From Planctomycetota bacterium (GTDB lineage Bacteria; Planctomycetota; UBA1135; UBA2386): DNA of 64,000 nucleotides. A model generated the notes under the pieces. That model saw only the letters and a list, made by a program, of their open reading frames with translations, had not been told where the DNA came from and ran no database searches. The DNA lies in assembly GCA_016795295.1 (NCBI GenBank), contig JAEUHP010000275.1:2195-66194 (forward strand), written 5' to 3'. Position 1 is the first letter of the stretch. Every line of letters starts with the position of its first letter. Position numbers and translations under genes: made by a program. Positions 35,668 through 44,380 of the stretch are shown here, in pieces.

Positions 35668-37014
35668 GTGAGCCGCGACGCGATCCACGACCCGAAGCTG
35701 CACCGCGCCCGCCGCACGCGCCTGCTCGAAGCACTCGGCGACGGCCTGCTGCTGCTGCCGACCGCGCCCGAGACCCTGCGCAACGGCGACGTGCACCACG
35801 AGTATCGGCCGGGCAGCGACTTCCATTACCTGACCGGCTACCCCGAGCCAGAGGCGGTGCTGGCGGCGTGGCGCACCGGCCGCGGACGGCACCGCGCCGT
35901 GCTGTTCGTGCGCCCGCGCGATCCGGCGCGCGAGGTCTGGGACGGCAAGCGCTACGGGCCGGCTCTTGCCCAGCGGTTGTTCGGTGTCGACGCTGCCCAT
36001 CCCATCGCCGATCTGTGGCGGGTGTTGGCCGAAGTGCTGCCGACGCAGCCGCGGCTGTTCCATCGCCTCGGAGCCGATCCGGCCTGGGACCAGCGCCTGC
36101 TGCAGTTCTTCGCCGCCCAGGCGAAGAAGCACCGCCGCCGCGAACCGCCGGCCCATCCGGTGATCCAGGATCCGCTGCCGGTGCTGGCGGCGCAGCGCCT
36201 GCAGAAGGACCAGGGCGAAATCGACGCGCTGCGGGTGGCCGCGGCGATCACCGCGTCCGGCCACGAAGTGGCGATGCGCGCTGCGCGCCCAGGGCGCCAC
36301 GAGTACGAAGTGCAGGCGGCTCTGGAAGCGGAATTCCGGCGCCTCGGCAGCCCCCGCAACGGCTACGCCTCGATCGTCGCCAGCGGCGCCAACGCCTGCA
36401 TCCTGCACTACCACGAGAACGACCGGCGCCTGCGCGACGGCGAGCTGCTGCTCATCGACGCGGGCGCCGAGTTCGCCGGGCACACCGGCGACGTGACCCG
36501 CACGTTCCCGGTCGGCCGCGCCTTCACCGAAGCGCAGGCCGCGGTCTACCGCGTGGTGCTGCGCGCGCAGCTCGCCGGCATCCGCGCTTGCCGCCTGGGC
36601 GCCCGTTCCGACGCACCCCACCGCGCGTGTGTGCGGGTGCTGACCCAGGGTCTGGTCGAACTTGGGGTGCTGCGCGGCACCGTTGCCAAGCTGGTGGCGA
36701 AGGAACGCCACAAGCCTTGGTACATGCACGGCACCAGCCACTGGCTCGGCCGGGACGTGCACGACGTCGGCGCGTACCGCGACGCCGACGATCGGCCGGA
36801 GCCGTTGCCGCGGCACGCCGTGCTGACCGTCGAACCAGGGCTCTACTTCGCCCCAGACGACCGCAAGGTGCCGCGCGAACTGCGCGGCATCGGCATCCGC
36901 ATCGAAGACGACGTGCTGGTCACGGCACGCGGACCAGAAGTGCTCACGGCAGCCGCGCCGAAGTCGATCGCCGCGATCGAACGCATCTGTGCCGGGCGCG
37001 CCGGCATCGACTGA
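35668..37014 (+). CDS. Xaa-Pro aminopeptidase (M24B)
   Basis: FHYLTGY, IDAGAEFAGHTGDVTRTFPV, HGTSHWLGRDVHD, LTVEPGLY and GIRIEDDVLV are the M24B metal-ligand motifs. Confidence 0.85.
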   Translation: MSRDAIHDPKLHRARRTRLLEALGDGLLLLPTAPETLRNGDVHHEYRPGSDFHYLTGYPEPEAVLAAWRTGRGRHRAVLFVRPRDPAREVWDGKRYGPALAQRLFGVDAAHPIADLWRVLAEVLPTQPRLFHRLGADPAWDQRLLQFFAAQAKKHRRREPPAHPVIQDPLPVLAAQRLQKDQGEIDALRVAAAITASGHEVAMRAARPGRHEYEVQAALEAEFRRLGSPRNGYASIVASGANACILHYHENDRRLRDGELLLIDAGAEFAGHTGDVTRTFPVGRAFTEAQAAVYRVVLRAQLAGIRACRLGARSDAPHRACVRVLTQGLVELGVLRGTVAKLVAKERHKPWYMHGTSHWLGRDVHDVGAYRDADDRPEPLPRHAVLTVEPGLYFAPDDRKVPRELRGIGIRIEDDVLVTARGPEVLTAAAPKSIAAIERICAGRAGID

Positions 37015-37069
37015 GCACCTGGCCGAGAATGCACCTGCGCGTTGGCCAGCGCGTGGCTACAACCGCCGC

Positions 37070-37822
37070 GTGCCCAGCGCTGCCGACCGTCCCGCCACCG
37101 TGCCTGCCGCGGCGCGCCGCCTCGCCCTCGTCGTGCCGATGAAGGACGAAGCCGCCGGGCTGCCGGCCCTCGGCGTGGCGCTCGCCGCACTGCGCCAGGA
37201 GCTGGCCGACTTGGTCGCTCTGGAATTCGTGTTCGTCGACGACGGCAGCACCGACGACACCTGGTCGCTGCTGCACGACCAGTTCGGCACCTGGCCCGAC
37301 GTGCAGTTCGTGCGGCATCGAACCAACCAGGGCATCGCCGCCAGCATCGCCACCGGCCTGCAGGCCACCGATGCGGAGTGGGCGGCCTCGATCGACGCCG
37401 ACCTCTCGTACGACCCGCGCGAACTGCGCACCATGCTGGCGCAGCGCGAGGGTGCCGACCTGGTCACCGCGTCGCCATACCACCCTTCCGGAGGCGTCGC
37501 CGGCGTGCCGCGCTGGCGGCTCGCTCTGTCGCGCACGCTGTCGCTCGCCTACCGCTGCCTGCTGCGGGCACCGATCCACACGTGGACGAGCTGCTTCCGC
37601 CTGTACCGGCGCGCGGCGGTCGTCGACCTGCCGCTCGCCACCCCGGGCTTCTTGGGCACCGCAGAGTTGCTGGTGCGGGTGCTGCGCCGCGGCGGTCGGG
37701 TGCGCGAGCATCCCTGCGTGCTCGGTGTGCGGCGCTTCGGACAATCGAAGATGAAGATCGTGCGCACCATCCTCGGCCATCTGCGCCTGCTGGCGGCCGT
37801 GGCACTGCGGCGCGTCAAGTGA
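37070..37822 (+). CDS. Family 2 glycosyltransferase (polyprenol-phosphate sugar transferase-like)
   Basis: LALVVPMKDE, FVFVDDGSTDDT, IDADLSYDP (DxD) and a C-terminal TM helix. The start is uncertain: I chose the GTG at 37070, and the track start at 36989 overlaps pepP. Confidence 0.8.
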   Translation: MPSAADRPATVPAAARRLALVVPMKDEAAGLPALGVALAALRQELADLVALEFVFVDDGSTDDTWSLLHDQFGTWPDVQFVRHRTNQGIAASIATGLQATDAEWAASIDADLSYDPRELRTMLAQREGADLVTASPYHPSGGVAGVPRWRLALSRTLSLAYRCLLRAPIHTWTSCFRLYRRAAVVDLPLATPGFLGTAELLVRVLRRGGRVREHPCVLGVRRFGQSKMKIVRTILGHLRLLAAVALRRVK

Positions 37823-38639
37823 CCGGCGGCTCGCGGGGGGGGCCTTGCCGCTGCGGTTCGTGCGGGTCACGCGGCGAAGCGAGGGCTGCGGCAGCCGCGG
37901 CTTCGGCGGCCAACAGGGCTTCGCGCAGGGTGGCGGCGATCGCTTCCAGTTCCTGATCGCTGGCGTCCACCGGCACCGCCAGCGGTTCGCCGTGGCAGAC
38001 GGCCACCCGCGCGAACGGCTTCGGAATGGTGAAGCGGTCCCAACTGCGCAGCTGCCAGGCGCGGTCGACCGCGATGCCGACCGGCAGGATCGACACGCCG
38101 GCGGCGCGCGCGAGCCAGGCCGGGCCTACGTTCATGCTGTGCATCGGCCCGCGCGGTCCGTCGGGCGTCAGCACGACCTTCTGTCCAGCGGCCAACGCCG
38201 TGCCGAGATCGCGCAGCGCGCGGGCGCCGCGCCGGCTCGTCGAGCCCCGCACCACGCGGTAGCCGAAGTGCGAGAGGGCGCCGAGCACCAGGTCGCCGTC
38301 GCCGCTGGGCGACACCAGCACGGTCATGCCGCGGCCGCGATGGTGGGGCAGGGGCATGGCAGCGAGCATGCGGCCGTGCCACACCGCGAGGACGGCGGGG
38401 GCGGTGGCGTGCAACAGCGGCAGTCCCGCACCGCACCAAGACACCCGCCAAGTGCCTGCCAGGGCCCGCACCAGCCATGGGACCAACCACGCGGCGAGGC
38501 GCGACAAGAGCCGCCTTCGCCAGTCGCGGAAGCGCCGCAGGTGGGGGGCTTCGCGGCCACCCGCGACCCGTTCCGCCGCCTGGGCCGCACGCTGGGCGGC
38601 CCGTTCGGCGGTGGCGCGGCGGTTGGACATGGCGGGCAT
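37815..38639 (-). CDS. DUF374-type lysophospholipid acyltransferase-like protein
   Basis: LAVWHGRML, VLVSPSGDGDL and VLTPDGPRGP are DUF374 motifs. The 3' end overlaps the convergent GT2 gene by 8 nt. Confidence 0.7.
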   Translation of the reverse strand: MPAMSNRRATAERAAQRAAQAAERVAGGREAPHLRRFRDWRRRLLSRLAAWLVPWLVRALAGTWRVSWCGAGLPLLHATAPAVLAVWHGRMLAAMPLPHHRGRGMTVLVSPSGDGDLVLGALSHFGYRVVRGSTSRRGARALRDLGTALAAGQKVVLTPDGPRGPMHSMNVGPAWLARAAGVSILPVGIAVDRAWQLRSWDRFTIPKPFARVAVCHGEPLAVPVDASDQELEAIAATLREALLAAEAAAAAALASPRDPHEPQRQGPPREPPVT

Positions 38640-38797
38640 GATGCGAGCTGTGCGCTCGCCGTGCAGCGACCGATGCGAAATCCGATGGGGTCGGATCTCG
38701 CGTGGCGGATTCTCCGGCGGCAGGGATTCCCCTACGTTTCCACGCGAAACGCTGCCGATGCCCGCCTTGGCAGCGGGCCGCCAAGACCAGCCCAGAC

Positions 38798-40744
38798 ATG
38801 ACTCCGCAGACTCGCCGCACCACCTGCAACCGCGACTGTCCCGATGCCTGCGGCATCGTCGCCACGGTCGAGAACGAACGCATCACGGCGCTCGCCGGCG
38901 ACCCCGAACACCCGGTCACGCGCGGCTTCCTGTGCTTCCGCACCAGCCGCTTTCTCGAGCTGCAGGACGGCCCGCAACGCGTGCGCGAGCCCCTGGTGCG
39001 CCGCGGCGGCGCACTGGTCCCGGCGAGTTGGGACGAGGTGCTCGATCTGCTCACCGAGCGGCTGCGCACGATCCGCGCCGAATCGGGCCCGGCGGCGATC
39101 TTCCACTACCGATCCGGCGGCTCGCTGGGGATCCTGAAGCACCTCACCGACCTGTTCTTCGACCAGTTCGGTCCGTGCACGGAGAAGGTCGGCGACATCT
39201 GCTCGGGGGCCGGCGAAGCCGCGCAACTGCTCGACTTCGGCGTCAGCGACAGCAACGACCTGTTCGATCTGCTGCACAGCCGGCACATCGTGCTGTGGGG
39301 CAAGAATCCGACCGTCAGCAATGTGCACTTGGTGCCGGTGTTGAAGGACGCCAAGGCGCGCGGCACCGAGCTGGTGTCCATCGACCCGGTGCACCACAAA
39401 GCCGCCAACCTGTGCGACAGCGTGCTGCAACCGGCCCCGGGACGCGACTACGAACTGGCCATGGGCGTGGCGCGCGTGCTGTTCGACACCGGGCGCGTCG
39501 ATCCGCGCGCCGCGGAATTCTGCGACCATCTGCCGGAGTTCCGCGCGCTGGCCGAAGCGCGGCCAGCGGCTGCATGGGCTGCGGCCGCTGGGGTCGAACT
39601 CGCGGCCCTGCGCGGGCTCGCCGATCGATATGCCGATGGGCCGACCGCGACCCTGATCGGCTGGGGCATGCAGCGCCGCCAGCGCGGGGGCGCGATCGTG
39701 CGTGCCCTCGACGCACTGTGCGCGATCTCCGGCAACCTGTTCCGTTCGGGCGGGGGCGCGTCCTTCTATTTCCGCCGGCGCAAAGCCTTCCAAGCCTTCG
39801 GACCGAAGGTGCAGGCGCCTCGCGCCATCCGCGAGCCACTGCTGGGCCAGGATCTGCTGGCCGCGCAGGCTCCGCCGGTGCGGTTGATGTGGGTCACCGC
39901 GGGCAATCCCCTGGCGATGCTGCCGGATTCGGCGACAGTGGCCAAGGCGCTGGACGCCGTCGAGTTCCTGGTGGTCGCCGACTGCCTGCTCACCGACACG
40001 GCCAAGCGCGCCCACGTGGTGCTGCCGGTGCCGACCCTGCTCGAAGACAGCGACCTGCTCGGCTCCTATGGCCACCATTGGCTCGCCGAGTCGCGCCCGG
40101 TGGTGGCGATGCCACCCGGTGTGCGCCACGAGGTGCAGATCTTCCAGGCGCTCGCCGAACGCCTGGGTCTCGCCGACTATCCGCAGGATTCGCTCGACCA
40201 ACTGAAGCGGCAGGCACTGTCGTTGGTCGCCGGCCAGGGCGCCGGTCTCGACTACCTGCGCAAGTTCGGCGCGGTGCGCAGTCCGGTCGCCGACCCACTG
40301 CTGTTCGGCAGCGGTCGGGTGCCGACACCGAACGGCAAGGTGCAGTTGCTCGACGCGCCCCCCGAAGAGGTGGCCGTCGCGGTGCCTCCCGAACGGCAGG
40401 GCAGCAGTGCCCCGCTGTGGCTGTTCTCCAACTCCACCGAGAAGAGCCAAGCGTCGCAGTGGTCGGGGCAGGGTCTCGGCGAACGGGTTTGGATCGCCGT
40501 GCATCCGGACGCGGTCCCGGGGTTGGCCGCGGGCGACGTGGTGCTGGTGGAGAGTGCGGTGGGCACGCTCGAAGCGGCGCTGCGGCTCGATGCCACGCAA
40601 CGCGTCGACGTTGCGATCATGCCGAAAGGCGGGCACTTCGACCGCGGTCATGCGGCGAATGCGCTCATTGCAGCGCGTGCCACCGATCTTGGGCTCGGGG
40701 CGGCGTATTTGGACACGCTGGTGCGTATCCGCGCCCGCCAGTGA
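38798..40744 (+). CDS. Molybdopterin-dependent oxidoreductase (MopB superfamily)
   Basis: The ATG at 38798 gives MTPQTRRTTCNRDCPDACGIVATV, an N-terminal Cys cluster. WDEVLDLL, HIVLWGKNP, LVSIDP and a C-terminal beta-barrel-like VWIAVHPDA...GDVVLVES. Confidence 0.85.
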   Translation: MTPQTRRTTCNRDCPDACGIVATVENERITALAGDPEHPVTRGFLCFRTSRFLELQDGPQRVREPLVRRGGALVPASWDEVLDLLTERLRTIRAESGPAAIFHYRSGGSLGILKHLTDLFFDQFGPCTEKVGDICSGAGEAAQLLDFGVSDSNDLFDLLHSRHIVLWGKNPTVSNVHLVPVLKDAKARGTELVSIDPVHHKAANLCDSVLQPAPGRDYELAMGVARVLFDTGRVDPRAAEFCDHLPEFRALAEARPAAAWAAAAGVELAALRGLADRYADGPTATLIGWGMQRRQRGGAIVRALDALCAISGNLFRSGGGASFYFRRRKAFQAFGPKVQAPRAIREPLLGQDLLAAQAPPVRLMWVTAGNPLAMLPDSATVAKALDAVEFLVVADCLLTDTAKRAHVVLPVPTLLEDSDLLGSYGHHWLAESRPVVAMPPGVRHEVQIFQALAERLGLADYPQDSLDQLKRQALSLVAGQGAGLDYLRKFGAVRSPVADPLLFGSGRVPTPNGKVQLLDAPPEEVAVAVPPERQGSSAPLWLFSNSTEKSQASQWSGQGLGERVWIAVHPDAVPGLAAGDVVLVESAVGTLEAALRLDATQRVDVAIMPKGGHFDRGHAANALIAARATDLGLGAAYLDTLVRIRARQ

Positions 40745-40848
40745 GCTCGCCCAGCGCCGGCTCGCTCGACTTACAGCAGGCGTGGCCGTCGAAGTCGGCC
40801 CTGGCCAGCACCGGGCACGCCGGGCCGGGTTCCGCTAGACTGTGTGGC

Positions 40849-42066
40849 ATGTCCCAACCAAGCCACGGTATCGCGTCCGCTTGTTTGCTCTGGGGAGCCA
40901 TGGCTCTGCCCCACAACTCGGCGGTGGCGCAAACCGTCAGAACCGTTTCGGCAGTCAACGGCATCCAGGCGGCGATCGCAGCCTCCAGTCCCGGTGACAT
41001 CCTGGTGCTGGGCGGCGGCACCTACGATCCGTTCGTGCTCGATCGCGGCCTCGTGATCCGCGGCAATGGTGCGACGATCGGTGGCGGACCGGGCGCCAGT
41101 TTGTCGGCCGTGACCGTGGCCGTTCCACCGGGTCAGATCGCACATCTCGACAACTTGCGCTTCACGTATGGCTACAGCCCGTTTGGCCCCCTTGGCTGCC
41201 CGGTGACCGTGAGTGGTGCGGTGCGCATCGACCGCTGCACGATGGTGACGCGCAACGGCTCGCCCGCACTCGCAGCGAACAGCGCCCAACTGACCATCGT
41301 GGCGAGTTCGCTCACCTGCGGCGGCACCACCGGATCCGGCATCGCCCTGCAAGCCACCGACAGCCACATCGAATTGCGTGACTCCACCGTGACTGGATCC
41401 CCTGCAGGTTGCCATCCGGTGGGCTGCATGGTGTGGAGCTTTCCCGCGACGCCCGCAGCCCAGCTCGACCAAAGCTCCCTGCACGCAGAGCGGAGCCGAT
41501 TCGACGGCGGCAGCCAGCCGAGCACCACTTTCAGGAGCGATGGTGCGAGTGGCATCGAGGCGACGAACAGCGCGCTCTGGCTGGCCGATTGTGTGGTCAC
41601 CGGTGGCTCCAGCGCCGCTGGAAACGGTGCCACGGCGCTGCAGAACACGGGTTCGATCACGGCGGAACTCCGCCAGACCCAACTGGTCGCCGGTTCGCCC
41701 GGCGGGCAGCCCAGCTCCGGGCCGCTCGACCCCTCGGCGCCACTGCTCCTACTCGAGCTGCAGCCGGTGTGGACGCGTGGCCAGAACAGCACCCTGACCA
41801 TGCGCGGCACACCCGGGAACCTGTTCGGCCTGTTCCTGACGCCGTCGATCGACAGCGTGTCGACCGCCGGCATCGTCGAGCCGGTGCTCGCGACTGGCGC
41901 GGTTGCGCTGGCGGTCGGCACCCTCGACGGTTCCGGCAACGCCACGGTGGTGCTGCCGGTGCCCGCCGTGACCAGCCTGCTGCACACGCCCGTATGGTGC
42001 CAAGCGGCCAGCGGCATCGGTTTGCCGCTGCGGGCGTCGACGATGGCTGGCGGTTTGGTGCGCTGA
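40849..42066 (+). CDS. Secreted right-handed beta-helix-like repeat protein
   Basis: The ATG at 40849 gives a signal-like LLWGAMALPHNSAVAQ. GDILVLGGGTY...GLVIRGNGATI and repeated short G/S/T-rich turns suggest a pectate-lyase-type fold. Only the 3' third of the 1246-aa track ORF is coding. Confidence 0.6.
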   Translation: MSQPSHGIASACLLWGAMALPHNSAVAQTVRTVSAVNGIQAAIAASSPGDILVLGGGTYDPFVLDRGLVIRGNGATIGGGPGASLSAVTVAVPPGQIAHLDNLRFTYGYSPFGPLGCPVTVSGAVRIDRCTMVTRNGSPALAANSAQLTIVASSLTCGGTTGSGIALQATDSHIELRDSTVTGSPAGCHPVGCMVWSFPATPAAQLDQSSLHAERSRFDGGSQPSTTFRSDGASGIEATNSALWLADCVVTGGSSAAGNGATALQNTGSITAELRQTQLVAGSPGGQPSSGPLDPSAPLLLLELQPVWTRGQNSTLTMRGTPGNLFGLFLTPSIDSVSTAGIVEPVLATGAVALAVGTLDGSGNATVVLPVPAVTSLLHTPVWCQAASGIGLPLRASTMAGGLVR

Positions 42067-42213
42067 GCGGGCCGCGCGCCGCCGAGGTCGGCAGAGCGAG
42101 CTGGGTGAGCAAAGGCTAATTTGGGACAGCCCCGGTACGTCGGTGGCACGGCAGGTTTCGCGGCAAGTGGCAAGCTGGGGCGCTCCCTTGCCATACCCCT
42201 CGAAACAACACCC

Positions 42214-44316
42214 ATGAAGCACTCGCTACGTTCCGCCGCGCGGTTCGCCGCCGGCTGCGGCATCCTCGCCGCGCTCGTCTGTCCCGCCACCTCACAGAAC
42301 ACGGTGGTGATCCCCAACGGCCTCGCCAACACCGAGGGCAACACCTCGAACCTGTTCCCCTGGGGCCGCGGCAACAACTTCATCCACATCGAGTTCCTCT
42401 ACAGCAACAGCCACTTCCTGAACGCCGGCGTGAACACGCCGATCGCGATCACCCGCCTGCGCTGGCGCGCCGATGGGGGGCCGAACTCGTGGACCGGCGG
42501 CACCTACGCCAACGTGCGCGTGGACTTGTCGACCGCTGCGGTGGCGCACAACTCGCCATCGACCAACTTCGCCGCCAACCACGGACCGAACGTCACCATG
42601 GTGCACAACGGCCCGGTGACGATGAGCCCAGGCACCACGACGGGAATCGGGACGGGCCCGTACTTCGTCGACCTGCCGCTGACGACGCCGTTCGTCTACG
42701 ACCCGAATGCGGGCAGGCCTCTGTGTGTCGAAGTGCAGTTCGACAGCACCCAGTGGGGCGGCGGTTCGTTCGCTTTCCTCGACGTCCAGTCGACCGGATC
42801 GCTCGCCACGCGCATCTTCAACAGCACGGTTTGGCCTTCGACCACCGGCACGATCGGACAGAACCACGGTGCTGTGATGGAAGTGTCGTATGCGCCTGCC
42901 ACCGGTCTGTCGGCGGGCTTCACCGCTCAGGCCACTTCGGGTGCAGCACCACTGACGGTGCAGTTCACCGATTGTTCCTACTCGTCGGCGCCCGGTGGCA
43001 TCGTCGCCTGGCTCTGGGATCTCGACGGCGATGGTTTGCCCGACAGCACCCAGCGCAATCCCACGTTCACCTACACTGGCTGCGGCAGCTACAACGTCAG
43101 CCTACAGGTGTTCGATTCCCAGCACGCGCCGAGCACCTTCACGCGCGCCAATTTCGTCACCACGGACGAAGTGAAGCCCGCGTTCACCTGGGCGCGCACT
43201 GGCCCCAACACCATCCAGTTCACCGACACCAGCAGCCCTCCCGCCAGCGCCTGGGCCTGGGATCTCGATGGCGACGGCAACACCGACAGCACGCTGCAGA
43301 ATCCCACCTTCACCTACCCGCGTGGCTGCACCGTGGTGCCGAACGTACGTTTGCAGGTGACGCGCGCCTGCCAAGGGCCGTTCACGACCACCCGTAGCGT
43401 CTACGTCGGGGAATCGCTCGACACCACCTATGCCGGCGGTTCCGACACCATCACCACCTGGGGCAATCTGTTCGACCTGCAGGTGCTGCAACCGCAAGGC
43501 ATCAGTGTCTGCGCCCTCAGCACCATCGCCAACGGCAGCCTCGGCACCCCGTTCACCATCGACGTCTACGTGACGCCCAACACCTACGTGGGCAACATCA
43601 CGACCCCGACTGCCTGGCGCCTGGTCGGCACGGCCAGCGGCACGGTCGCTGGCATCAACGTGCCGTCGATGGCGCGGTTCCCGAGCTCCGTCTACCTGCC
43701 GCCGGGCAATTACGGTGTCGCTCTGTATTCGTTCGGCACCGGCTGCAAGAACAGCAACGGCACGCAGACGTTCGCGAACGCCGACCTGTCGATGACACTC
43801 GGCGTCCAACGCACCGATCTGTTCGGCAGTCTCGGCCAGTTCGGCTTCACCAATGCCAACCGCATCTGGAACGGCACCTTCCACTACACCACCGAGGCGA
43901 GCAGCGGCGAGGCCGGCTATGGCTTCCTGGGTGCAGGATGTGCCGGCTCGCTCGGGGTGCCGCGCAACACCGTGGTGTCGCCGCCGCGACTCGGCCAGTC
44001 GATGGCGAGCAACTACACCAACCTGGCGCAGGACGTGGTGTTCGCGCTGGTGGGCTTCAGCCGCACCATGTCCGGGGTCGGTGCGCTGCCGTTCGATCTG
44101 ACTGCCGTCGGTGCACCGGGCTGCTGGGCGCGCGTCAGTCCCGATGCGGTCTTGGTGCTGGTCGGCAACGCTGGCGTGGTGAACTTCGCCATGGCGATTC
44201 CGAACAGCGCCGCCTACCTCGGCGCCCAGTTGTTCACCCAGGGCCTGTCGCTGGACACGGTGAATGCCTTGGGCGCCGTGGCCTCCGACGCGAACGGCGC
44301 GATCCTCGGCCTCTGA
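42214..44316 (+). CDS. Secreted protein with two PKD domains
   Basis: Signal: FAAGCGILAALVCPATSQ. Two PKD repeats: APLTVQFTDCS...WLWDLDGDG...NPTFTYTGCGSYNVSLQV and IQFTDTS...WAWDLDGDGNTDS...NPTFTY. Confidence 0.75.
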   Translation: MKHSLRSAARFAAGCGILAALVCPATSQNTVVIPNGLANTEGNTSNLFPWGRGNNFIHIEFLYSNSHFLNAGVNTPIAITRLRWRADGGPNSWTGGTYANVRVDLSTAAVAHNSPSTNFAANHGPNVTMVHNGPVTMSPGTTTGIGTGPYFVDLPLTTPFVYDPNAGRPLCVEVQFDSTQWGGGSFAFLDVQSTGSLATRIFNSTVWPSTTGTIGQNHGAVMEVSYAPATGLSAGFTAQATSGAAPLTVQFTDCSYSSAPGGIVAWLWDLDGDGLPDSTQRNPTFTYTGCGSYNVSLQVFDSQHAPSTFTRANFVTTDEVKPAFTWARTGPNTIQFTDTSSPPASAWAWDLDGDGNTDSTLQNPTFTYPRGCTVVPNVRLQVTRACQGPFTTTRSVYVGESLDTTYAGGSDTITTWGNLFDLQVLQPQGISVCALSTIANGSLGTPFTIDVYVTPNTYVGNITTPTAWRLVGTASGTVAGINVPSMARFPSSVYLPPGNYGVALYSFGTGCKNSNGTQTFANADLSMTLGVQRTDLFGSLGQFGFTNANRIWNGTFHYTTEASSGEAGYGFLGAGCAGSLGVPRNTVVSPPRLGQSMASNYTNLAQDVVFALVGFSRTMSGVGALPFDLTAVGAPGCWARVSPDAVLVLVGNAGVVNFAMAIPNSAAYLGAQLFTQGLSLDTVNALGAVASDANGAILGL

Positions 44317-44380
44317 GGCCGCGCGCCGCCGGCGCGGATTGCCGCGTTGCCGCCGCGGCCGCGGCCGCTACCCTGCGGCC

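Noticed and set aside
38326-40848. Upstream part of the 1246-aa plus-strand ORF
   Set aside because: It overlaps the DUF374 gene (antisense) and the molybdopterin oxidoreductase gene (other frame). The translated sequence is R/P/A-rich nonsense until the signal peptide that starts at 40849.
42144-42161. Sigma-54-like element TGGCACggcagGTTTCgc upstream of the PKD protein gene
   Set aside because: The -24 GG is present but the -12 element is GTTT rather than TTGC at the required spacing. I judged it a chance match.
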